From Antedon mediterranea (lineage: Eukaryota; Animalia; Echinodermata): a stretch of 64,000 nucleotides of DNA. The translations under genes were made by a program, and so were the position numbers. Location of the stretch: contig NC_092680.1 in the NCBI RefSeq assembly GCF_964355755.1, positions 12,090,001-12,154,000 of the forward strand. Direction: 5' to 3'. The notes below the pieces were generated by a model. The model was given only the letters and a program-made list of their open reading frames with translations. It was not told the origin of the DNA and ran no database searches. This document shows, piece after piece, positions 52,901-64,000 of this stretch (the stretch's first letter is position 1; every line of letters begins with the position of its first letter).

Positions 52901-53720
52901 TGAGAGAACTCAAACCTGAGCATTACCGGTTACGCCACCACCCAGTAGATGAGTGAAGAGCTGATAATAGTCTATTTATATGAATGGATGATCAATCAAT
53001 AAAAAATAATGCCATGCAACTTTGTTTCTGATTTTAAAAAAGGTTCACTTGTTTAGGCTTGACAGTTGCAACCCTCAAAATATCTCACTTTCAAAAACAA
53101 TATTTATTTTCAATATAAAAAAAAAAAAAAATAATACCCGTATAGGTTCGAACCCACTGCTGAGAGCACTCAAACCTGAGCATTTCCCGTTACGCCACAA
53201 ACCAGTAGATGACTGAAGAGCTCATAATAGTCTATTTATATGAAAGGAATGATCAATCAAGGAAAAATAATGCCATGCAACTTTGTTTCTGATTGAAAAA
53301 AATGTCCACTTGTTTAGGCCTGACATTTACAACCCTCAAAATATCTCACTTTCAAAAACCATATTTATTTTAATTTAAAAAAAAAAAGAAAAAAAATATC
53401 TCTAGAGGTTCGACCCACTACTCGGAGCACTCAAACCTGAGCATTACCCGTTACGCCACAAACCAGTAGATGACTGAAGAGCTGATAATAGTGTATTTAT
53501 ATGAAATGAATGATCAATCAATGAAAAATAATTGAAAATTAAACGAGGCTTACCTGTAAGGTGAAGTTTGATGTAAATTCTACCATATCAGCAGTGGCAC
53601 TTCTGGGTTAACATGAGAGGCACGACCAGTGTCCGCTAAGATCAGACTTCAAATCCTTGTGTGCACGATCCGACGTGGTAAGAAAAAACCCGATAAGGGC
53701 GGGTAGCTAATAGGGAAGGG

Positions 53721-53848
53721 CATGTTAACCCAGAAGTGCCACTGCTGATATGGTAGAATTTACATCAAACTTCACCTTACAGGTAAGCCTCGTTTAATTT
53801 TCAATTCTACCATATCAACAGTGACGCAACTTCCGGGTTCCCATGAGA
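53721..53848. other. DIRS internal complementary region (ICR)
   Basis: 53721-53806 is the reverse complement of the left end and 53804-53848 of the right end. The halves are joined through ATT. Confidence 0.95.
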
Positions 53849-53930
53849 CTTTAAAGCAGAGTGAACACAAGGACAAATTATCCAACACACTAGAATACTT
53901 GTTGCCATGCCAACGTTATTTTTATTTACT

Positions 53931-54917
53931 CTATTGTAATACTGCAACATCATATGCATTTTTGTTACTATTATCAATTGGCTTATTGTAATACCTGTTA
54001 AACGTAGTAGCAGAGGCCCAACCTATGTGTTTTAAAATTTCATCCACCGGGATAGACCTACTGGCTTTAGAAGCACTAGCTGCCCTTGTACTATGCGCAG
54101 TAAACACAGCTGTATCAATTCCTGCTAGGCCCAGTAGTGTTTTAAGCCATCTGCCAATGGTGCTAACCCCAACGGATTTAAATGGTCTAACATACGAGAT
54201 CAACAGTTTTGACTCGCTTCTCAGTGGCTGTGTACGGTCCAAATATGATTCGAGGGTATTAAACACACACAATTCCTGTTTTGAATATTTCTTAAACCTT
54301 AGGGATGAAAAAAGTTTATTGGGCCGGTCCTGTTTAGCAAGTACAGTAATTGAAAAATCAAAGCTGTTTCCCGACTTTATCATACTCTTAGTGTCTAGTC
54401 CCGCCAGCATATTGCATCTCTGCCCTGACGTTAGAGCCATCAACATGACTAGTTTATATGATAAATCCCTGAGTGACAACTTATCTAATGGCTGCATTAG
54501 AGATAAGTAATCTAGAACAATGTTAGCGTCCCAGGTAACTGCGTACCTTGGAGCCGGAGGCCGGCAATTAAAAACCCCTTTCATATACTTGGTCACTAGT
54601 ACATGACGTGTAATGGGTCGGTCCTCCCTGCCCTGATGGTCAGTTAAGCAACATGCTAACGCTGACCTAGCCGTGTTAAGCGAGGAGTAAGAAAGCCCTT
54701 CTTTAAAAAGGTTATGTAAAAACTTTAAGACATCTCCTACAACGGGGTGCAAGAAATCAATTTTTCTTTGAAAACAAAATTGACGCCACTTCCTGATGTG
54801 TACGTCATACTGCTTCCTTGTGCTCTGTCGCCAAGAACACAAGATGACATCCTCAATTTCTGCCGGTAGGCTGACGTCAGCGATGATTTCCCTGACAACT
54901 TGCAAATTAGTAGACAT
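53931..54917 (-). CDS. DIRS tyrosine recombinase
   Basis: W..STRKQY and SSLNTARSAL N-terminal domain; catalytic GQR, AHSTR, GW and TFNRYY. Intact, 328 aa. Confidence 0.96.
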   Translation of the reverse strand: MSTNLQVVREIIADVSLPAEIEDVILCSWRQSTRKQYDVHIRKWRQFCFQRKIDFLHPVVGDVLKFLHNLFKEGLSYSSLNTARSALACCLTDHQGREDRPITRHVLVTKYMKGVFNCRPPAPRYAVTWDANIVLDYLSLMQPLDKLSLRDLSYKLVMLMALTSGQRCNMLAGLDTKSMIKSGNSFDFSITVLAKQDRPNKLFSSLRFKKYSKQELCVFNTLESYLDRTQPLRSESKLLISYVRPFKSVGVSTIGRWLKTLLGLAGIDTAVFTAHSTRAASASKASRSIPVDEILKHIGWASATTFNRYYNKPIDNSNKNAYDVAVLQ

Positions 54918-56880
54918 AACTGTGAGCTTAGTGGATGGTGATTAATAAGTGGGTGTTCTAACACTGACTTGTTGACCCTTACCCAGCGTGGTGTGTCGAT
55001 GAGTAAGTCGAGAACTCTCGTAAACCATGCCTGTGTTCTCCACAGTGGCACCACCATGATGCCCGTGGCCTGTTCCAGTAAAATTTTCTGTAGGCATCTA
55101 GCTATCAGACAAAAAGGGGGAAAAACATAAAATTGTTTAAATGTTGACCAATCACTGGTAAAAGCATCAATGATAACAGCGTTTGGATCTGGTTTCCAAG
55201 ACGCATATGCCGGTACCCTATGATTAATTCGACTAGCAAATAAGTCAATATCCGGCACTCCAAAACAGTCAACAATCTTAGAAAAAATACCTGCATTCAT
55301 TTGCCATTCTAACCCAGATACAAAATTTCTAGACAGAACATCTGCCTCTACATTTTTTATGCCCGGAGTATGAGCAGCGGTAAGCCAAATATTTCGCTCT
55401 ATTGCCCAGTACCAAATCTTGTAGGCAACCGAATTACATGACCACGATTTCGTACCTCCCATACAATTTATATATGAGACAGCGGTCGCGTTGTCTGACA
55501 TAATACGAATATTTACTTTGTGCAAATGGCCACAAAGTGCCTGTAAGCCAAATAGCGCTGCAAGCATTTCTAGAATGTTTATGTTGTGAACAGCTTCCTC
55601 TAGGGACCACAGCCCCTGCGTTCTGCTCTCGTCAACTATGGCCCCCCAGCCCTTGCGGGAAGCATCTACGAAGATCGTATAGTTAATAGGGCCATGATTA
55701 ATCAGTTTTGAGGCTGTTGGGAGAAATTTTATCCACCATTCAAGTTCAATTATACTCTCCTCCGAGAGGATCATCATCACCTCAAAATTACCGGCTGAAT
55801 GCCGCAATGCCAAATCTTTGTCTCGGACAAAATGTCTGTAGTGTAACGGTCCATATTCCACGCCTGGGAATGTCGCAACAAGCTTACCTATGAGTGAAGC
55901 AAATGCCCGGATGCTACCAGATTTCTTAAATACAAACTCTCTGCAAAGGCCAACAATGCTTGACATCTTTGCTTTGGTAACCGAAACAGACATAGACACC
56001 GAGTTTAATTGAAAACCCAGGTATTCTAACTGCTGAGTACAGATTTTTCCCGATGCACTGAAAACCCTAATTTTGTTAGCAGCATTGTAGCTTGCAACGT
56101 AGCCTCTTGACACCCCACCAATGTGTCGTCAGTGTAAAACGAGTCATCAATGTAGCCGAGGCATGAGATACCAAAGCTATTCCTTAAAGTAGAAAAAACT
56201 GGCTTCAGCAGCTTTGTAAAAACGCGAGGGCTACAAGATAAGCCCATAGGTAGCACATTAAATTGGTAAAATACACCTTTCCAACAAAATTTAAGAAACC
56301 GTCTATACTTTGCTGCAATAGGCACCGAATAATAAGCGTCCCGGAGGTCGATGGATGACATAAAACACCCCGGCTTCATAAGCTTTATTGCCGAATCTAT
56401 CGTGTCCATTTTAAAATGCCTATAAGTGACATACTCATTAAGTTCCTTAAGGTTGAAAATAACTCTATATTTACCCGGTTCTTTTTTGGGACGGATAAAT
56501 ATGGGCGAAACAAAATCTCCCTTACATAGTTTGGAAATATCAATAACCCTTTTGGCCAAAAAAGATGCAAGTTCTGAGTCAATAGCTCGTTGCTCAGCAA
56601 CAGAAAATTGCGACTCTAATTGTCGATTATAGCCAGCCTGCACAGGCATAGCTTCAAATTCAATTTCACAATTGGTAACACATGACAGAACAAGGGGATC
56701 CGTAGTGATCTCTTTCCAACGGTCCACGCAGAACCTTAATTGACCTGCAATAAAACTAACATGATTATTAAGAATTCTATCAATCTGATTAACAAAACTG
56801 ACCTCTACTCTCGATTTTCCTTTGGTTGAGCAGCCAATCGGGCTCCCTGTCTGCGTTGGTAGGAGCCCTTTCCTCCTAAA
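54737..56880 (-). pseudogene. DIRS pol: RT, RNase H and Dam-like adenine methyltransferase domain; one frameshift near 56040
   Basis: FIAGQL...W, SIDLRDAY, LPMGLSCSP and YIDD; VDAS..GWG, HNINILEM, SDN and NVEADVLSR; IDLFAS, DAF and VFPPF. Confidence 0.94.
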
Positions 56881-57806
56881 AAAGACTGGTTTGACTGGTA
56901 CCTCTGGAACCCTGAGCGACTTCCACCTCAGCCGCGGAACCCAACTCGTCTGGCTCCTGCATATGGGTGGTATCCACGACCCCGACCTCTTCTAGCACCT
57001 GATAATTTCCCGCCAAGTTTGTTTGATTTGAAGAGATCATCTATCTGTTTGGTAACATCATCTCCAAAGAGCTCTGTGGTTATTGGAGTCGTAACCCCAC
57101 AGAGTGCAACAAATCGTGTGTTAAGGTCTGGTTTTAACATCTCCCTTCGCTTCAGGTTAAACTCCCGGTTTGCAGTCAGCGCTATAACCAGTGCATGCGT
57201 CAATGTAGTTTTCAAATCACCTGAGGCCTTGTGACATGCTTGGAGCAGAGCATACATAGAGTTTACGAACAGTGCCTGCACTTTCTGCAACCCAACATCA
57301 TTGGTCCTGGTCGAAGGTTTCAACTGGCCCCACACAGGTAAGTTCACCTTGGGTGTGATTAGCATTTCACAGTTGAGTGGTCGAAGATATTTTCCAGTAA
57401 GCTCAGTCATCTTTGCAGGGGGTATCCTTCCACTAATCAGGTCACTTACAATTGTAGCCAATTTATCATCCACAGCTGGCCCTGTAAGTGTGGCTGTACT
57501 AAATTCAGCTGCTAAGTCAGCAAAATCACTGGTTTGACTAGCTGTAGCTACCTCCTCTGGCCCACTTGTGTACTCATCAATGCGTTGTGCTGTTTGCGCT
57601 GCGGGGAGCTCATCATCCGACCACACAGGCATATAGGACTGGCCCTCATCAGGCTCCTCTGTGAAGCCAACCATATCTTTGACTGGTTGAACCAAATCTT
57701 GCTTCATGCTGGCCACCATTGACAACATCGAGTTAATCAACTCCTCCTTTAATTTATCACCAACACTAGAAGCTGTACCACCTGGCGAGCCATCATGTTC
57801 TGCCAT
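56805..57806 (-). pseudogene. DIRS gag-like ORF1 with a probable premature TGA at 56928-56930
   Basis: 292-aa ORF with RPLNC..L..PKVN..VW, KRREMLKP, LFGDD and an RG-rich tail. The frame stays open 40 more codons after the TGA, to TAG at 56805-56807. Confidence 0.85.
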
Positions 57807-60800
57807 ATTAGAAAGTCTATGGGGACAGAATAACAGTACTATATAGCTTAGTCACAGTACATCAACCCAAGAAATCTCATCGCTTGCCTTATTATAACAC
57901 CTGTATGCAACAGACATACCATTAAGGTCATGACCTGCTTAGTATACTCGCATACATGCACATTTGCCAGTCAAGGCCTAGCTAGCAATACCTACTATTA
58001 ATTAGTAATAGCATAGAGAAATTATACTATCTCTATGGTAATAGGCCTGCTCTAGGCCTAGTAGTAGTATAGTAGACGGCTCAACAACCGCCTGATATAG
58101 CAATGAATTTATAAATTATAAATTATAGCCTTTTTAACGCATTGGCTAATTGAGTGAACGGAGACTATCAGCTTACTCTCCATTGTGCAGGTGTAAAACA
58201 AAACACTGCATTAGGGAAACGAGTAACTTACTTTCCCTTTAACAAAAATATGCGGCATGCCACAGCCTGCATAACATTCCATAGATTAAAGATGGCGGCC
58301 ACGCATATAGCCTCACTTGCACGCCATCATTCCCAATTTATAATAGCCTACTCCGAATTCATCATAAGATAAGGAGATAGAAATAAAGCCATATAGGCTA
58401 AATTAAGGGCGTCCGTACGGTCATACAGTCCGCCCAGTCCTCTAGCAACTACCTAAAGCAAAATTTTAACGTTACCTTTTATGAAGCCCACAACTGCGAT
58501 GATCCTCACGCCGTATGTATCTAAAGAAACAACAACATCCAACTAGCGCACACGTCTGACCTGTCGCGGTTCTGGAAGTACAATGATCTTAGCGGACACT
58601 GGTCGTGCCTCTCATGGGAACCCGGAAGTTGCGTCACTGTTGATATGGTAGAATGCCATGCAACTTTGTTTCTGATTTTAAAAAAGATCCATTTGTTTAG
58701 GCCTGACATTTACAACCTTCAAAATATCTCATTTTCAAAAAAAATATTTATTTTCAATTAAAAAAAAAGAGAATAAATATCCCTAGAGGTTCGAAACCAC
58801 TATTGAGAGCACTCAAACCTGAGCATTACCCGTTACGCCACAAACCAGTAGATGACTGAAGAGCCTATAATAGTCTATTTATATGAAATGCATGATCAAT
58901 CAATGAAAAATAATGCCATGCAACTTTGTTTCTGATTGAAAAAAATGTCCACTTGTTTAGGCCTGACATTTAAAACCCTCAAAATATCTCACTTTCAAAA
59001 ACCATATTTATTTTCAATTGTAAAAAAAAAGAAAACAATATCCCTAGAGGTTCCACCCACTACTCAGAGCACTCAAACCTGAGCATTACCCGTTACGCCA
59101 CAAACCAGTAGATGACTGAAGACCTGATAATAGTCTATTTATATGAAATGAATGATCAATCAATGACAAATAATGCCATGCAACTTTGTTTCTGATTTTA
59201 AAAAAGATCCATTTCTTTAGGCCTGACATTTACAACCCTCAAAATATCTCATTTTCAAAAAAAATATTTATTTTCAATAAGAAAAAAAAAAGCAATATCC
59301 CTAGAGGTTGGAACCCGCTACTGAGAGCAATCAAACCTGGGTATTACCCGTTACGCCACAAACCAGTAGATTACTGAAGTGCTGATAATATGAATTTAAT
59401 GATCAATCAATGAAAAATAATGCCATGCAACTTTGTTTCTGATTTTAAAAAAGATCCACTTCTTTAGGCCTGACATTTACAACCCTTAAAATGTCTCATT
59501 TTAAAAAAAAATATTTATTTTCAATTAAAAAAAAAAGAAAAAAAGAAATATCCCTAGCGGTTCGAACCAACGACTGAGAGCACTCAGACCTGAGTATTAC
59601 CCGTTACGCCACAAACCAGTAGATGCCTGAAGAGATCATAATAGTCTATTTATATGAAATGAATGATCAATCAATGTAAAATGATGTTATGCAACTTTTT
59701 TCCTGATTTTAAAAAAGGTCCATTTGGTTAGGCATGACATTTACAACCATAAAAATATCTCACTTTCAAAAACCATATTTATCAATTTAAAAAAAAAAGA
59801 GAAAAAGTATCCCTAGAGGTTCGAAACCACTATTCAGAGCACTCAAACCTGAGCATTACCCGTTACGCCACAAATCAGTAGATGACTGAAGAGCTGATAA
59901 TAGTCTATTTATATGAAATGAATGATCAATCAATGAAAAATAATGTTATGCAACTTTGTTTCTGATTTTAAAAAAGGTCCACTTCTTTAGGCCTGACATT
60001 TACAACCATCAAAATATCTCATTTTTTTAAAAATATTTATTTTCAATTAAAAAAAAAAGAAAAAAGAAATATCCCTAGAGGTTCGAACCCAATACTGAGA
60101 GCACTCAGACCTGAGTATTACCCGTTACGCAACAAACCAGTGGATGCCTGAAGAGATCATAATAGTCTATTTATATGAAATGAATGATTAATCAATGTAA
60201 TATGATGTAATGCAACTTTGTTTCTGATTTTAAAAAAGATCCATTTGTTTAGGCCTGACATTTACAACCTTCAAAATATCTCATTTTTAAAAAAAATATT
60301 TATTTTCAATTAAAAAAAAAAGAGATAAAATATCCCTAGAGGTTCGAAACCACTATTGAGAGCACTCAAACCTGAGAATTACCCGTTACGCAACAAACCA
60401 GTAGATGACTGAAGAGCTGATAATAGTCTATTTATATGAAATGAATGATCAATCAATGAAAAATAATACCATGCAACTTTGTTTCTGATTGAACAAAATG
60501 TCCACTTGTTTAGGCCTGACATTTAAAACCCTCAAAATATCTCACTTTCAAAAACCACACTTGTTTTCAATTGTAAAAAAAAAGAAAAAAATATTCCTAG
60601 CGGTTCCACCCACTACTCAGAGCACTCAAACCTGAGCATTACCCGTTACGCCACAAACCAGTAGATGACTGAAGACCTGATAATAGTCTATTTATATGAA
60701 ATGAATGATCAATAAATGAAAAATAATGCCATGCAACTTTGTTTCTGATTGAAAAAAATGTCCACTTGTTTAGGCCTGACATTTAAAACCCTCAAAATAT

Positions 60801-63800
60801 CTCACTTTCAAAAACCATATTTTTCAATTAAAAAAAAAAAGAAAAAAATATCCTTAGAGGTTCCACCCACTACTCAGAGCACTCAAACCTGAGCATTACC
60901 CGTTACGCCACAAACCAGTAGATGACTGAAGACCTGATAATAGTCTATTTATATGAAATGAATGATCAATCAATGAAAAATAATGCCATGCAACTTTGTT
61001 TCTGATTTTAAAAAAGATCCATTTCTTTAGGCCTGACATTTACAACCCTCAAAATATCTAATTTTCAAAAAAAATATTTATTTTCAATAAGGAAAAAAAA
61101 GCAATATCCCTAGAGGTTGGAACCCGCTACTGAGAGCAATCAAACCTGCGTATTACCCGTTACGCCACAAACCAGTAGATTACTGAAGTGCTGATAATAT
61201 GAATTTAATAATCAATCAATGAAAAATAATGCCATGCAACTTTGTTTCTGATTTTAAAAAAGGTCCACTTCTTTAGGCCTGACATTTACAACCCTCAAAA
61301 TATCTCATTTAAAAAAAAATATTTATTTTCAATTAAAAAAAAAGAAAAAAGAAATATCCCTAGAGGTTCGAACCAACTACTGGGAGCACTCAGACCTGAG
61401 TATTACCCGTTACGCCACAAACCAGTAGATGCCTGAAGAGATCATAATAGTCTATTTATATGAAATGAATGATAAATTAATGTAAAATGATGTTATGCAA
61501 CTTTGTTCCTGATTTTAAAAAAGGTCCATTTGGTTAGGCCTGACATTTACAACCATAAAAATATCTCACTTTCAAAAACAATTATTTATTTTCAATTAAA
61601 AAAAAAAAGAAAAAAAATACCCGTATAGGTTCGAACCCACTGCTGAGAGCATTCAAACCTGAGCATTACACGTTACGCCACAAACCAGTAGATGACTGAA
61701 GAGCTGATAATAGTCTATTTATATGAAATAAATGATCAACCAATGAAAAATAATGTTATGCAACTTTGTTTCTGATTTTAAAAAAGGTCCACTTGTTTAG
61801 GCCTGACATTTAAAACCATAACAATATCTCACTTTCAAAAACAATATTTATTTTCAATGAAAAAAAAAGAAAAAAACACCCGTATAGGTTCGAACACACT
61901 GCTGAGCACACGCAAACCTGAGCATTTCCCGTTACGCCACAAACCATTAGATGACTGAAGAGCTGATAATAGTCTATTTATATGAATGGATGATCAATCA
62001 ATGAAAAATAATGTTATGCAACTTTGTTTCTGATTGAAAAAAATGTCCACTTGTTTAGGCCTGACATTTAAAACCCTCAAAATATCTCAATTTCAAAAAC
62101 CATATTTATTTTCAATTGTAAAAAAAAAGAAAAAAATATTCCTTGCGGTTCCACCCACTACTCAGAGCACTCAAACCTGAGCATTACCCGTTACGCCACA
62201 AACCAGTAGATGACTGAAGACCTGATAATAGTCTATTTATATGAAATGAATGATCAATCAATGAAAAGTAATGCCATGCAACTTTGTTTCTGATTGAAAA
62301 AAATGTCCACTTGTTTAGGCCTGACATTTAAAACCCTCAAAATATCTCACTTTCAAAAACCATATTTATCAATTTAAAAAAAAAAAGAAAAAAATATCCC
62401 TAGAGGTTCCACCCACTACTCAGAGCACTCAAACCTGAGCATTACCCGTTACGCCACAAACCAGTAGATGACTGAAGACCTGATAATAGTCTATTTATAT
62501 GAAATGAATAATCAATCAATGAAAAATAATGCCATGCAACTTTGTTTCTGATTTTAAAAAAGGTCCACTTCTTTAGGCCTGACATTTACAACCCTCAAAA
62601 TATCTCATTTAAAAAAAAAATATCTATTTTCAATTAAAAAAAAAAGAAAAAAGAAATATCCCTAGAGGTTCGAACCAACTACTGAGAGCACTCAGACCTG
62701 AGTATTACCCGTTACGCCACAAACCAGTAGGTGCCTGAAGAGATCATAATAGTCTATTTATATGAAATGAATGATCAATCAATGTAAAATGATGTTATGC
62801 AACTTTGTTCCTGATTTTAAAAAAGGTCCATTTGGTTAGGCATGACATTTACAACCAAAAAAATATCTCACTTTCAAAAACAATTATTTATTTTCAATTA
62901 AAAAAAAAAAGAAAAAAAAATACCCGTATAGGTTTGAACCCACTGCTGAGAGCACTCAAACCTGAGCATTACCCGTTACGCCACAAACCTGTAGATGACT
63001 GAAGAGCGGATAATAGTCTATTTATATGAAATGAATGATCAACCAATGAAAAATAATGTTATGCAACTTTGTTTCTGATTTTAAAAAAGGTCCACTTGTT
63101 TAGGCCTGACATTTAAAACCATAACAATATCTCACTTTCAAAAACAATATTTATTTTCAATGAAAAAAAAAGAAAGAAACACCCGTATAGGTTCGAACAC
63201 ACTGCTGAGAGCACTCACATCTGAGCATTACCCGTTACGCCACAAACCAGTAGATGACTGAAGACCTGATAATAGTCTATTTATATGAAATGAATAATCA
63301 ATCAATGAAAAATAATGCCATGCAACTTTGTTTCTGATTTTAAAAAAGGTCCACTTCTTTAGGCCTGACATTTACAACCCTCAAAATATCTCATTTAAAA
63401 AAAAAATATCTATTTTCAATTAAAAAAAAAAGAAAAAAGAAATATCCCTAGAGGTTCGAACCAACTACTGAGAGCACTCAGACCTGAGTATTACCCGTTA
63501 CGCCACAAACCAGTAGATGCCTGAAGAGATCATAATAGTCTATTTATATGAAATGAATGATCAATCAATGTAAAATGATGTTATGCAACTTTGTTCCTGA
63601 TTTTAAAAAAGGTCCATTTGGTTAGGCATGACATTTACAACCAAAAAAATATCTCACTTTCAAAAACAATTATTTATTTTCAATTAAAAAAAAAAAGAAA
63701 AAAAATACCCGTATAGGTTCGAACCCACTGCTGAGAGCACTCAAACCTGAGCATTACCCGTTACGCCACAAACCAGTAGATGACTGTAGAGCTGATAATA

Positions 63801-64000
63801 GTCTATTTATATGAAATGAATGATCAACCAATGAAAAATAATGTTATGCAACTTTGTTTCTGATTTTAAAAAAGGTCCACTTGTTTAGGCCTGACATTTA
63901 AAACCATAACAATATCTCACTTTCAAAAACAATATTTATTTTCAATGAAAAAAAAAGAAAGAAACACCCGTATAGGTTCGAACACACTGCTGAGAGCACT

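Larger units (their letters stand above)
53530..58654 (-). mobile_element. Complete DIRS-type tyrosine-recombinase retrotransposon
   Basis: Inverted terminal repeats 53577-53644 and 58584-58654, terminal extension 53533-53576, ICR, and gag/RT-RH-MT/YR ORFs. AAT at both junctions; satB resumes in register. Confidence 0.97.
51010..64000 (-). repeat. Satellite B array 2 (interrupted by DIRS; runs off the window end)
   Basis: Same ~260-bp monomer and orientation as array 1. Confidence 0.97.

Noticed and set aside
54025-57722. Antisense and nested ORFs within DIRS (likewise 21030, 32801, 39874, 42170, 42198, 44428, 44740)
   Set aside because: Shadows of real coding frames with no recognisable motifs.

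Overview
AT-rich eukaryotic (metazoan-looking) repeat region with no recognisable host gene. It is built from three satellites (satA ~185 bp, satB ~260 bp, satC ~80 bp) and a duplicated ~2 kb spacer, invaded by many elements: a full-length L1-clade LINE with a 16-bp TSD and its empty site visible in the paralogous spacer, a complete DIRS tyrosine-recombinase retrotransposon, CR1-group and Rex1/Babar LINE fragments, and a nest of TTAA-flanked palindromic DNA elements. Three observations stand out. (1) satB monomers (~60 copies) carry on the minus strand the layout of a Pol III unit: TATA, A box, B box, oligo-T. (2) The L1 has an uninterrupted third ORF with hydrophobic segments between ORF1 and ORF2, overlapping the ORF2 start. 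(3) The DIRS has a U-UUU-UUA slippery site plus stem-loop that joins gag to an AUG-less pol frame by -1 frameshift. All calls were made by eye; family names come from motif recognition, not database searches.
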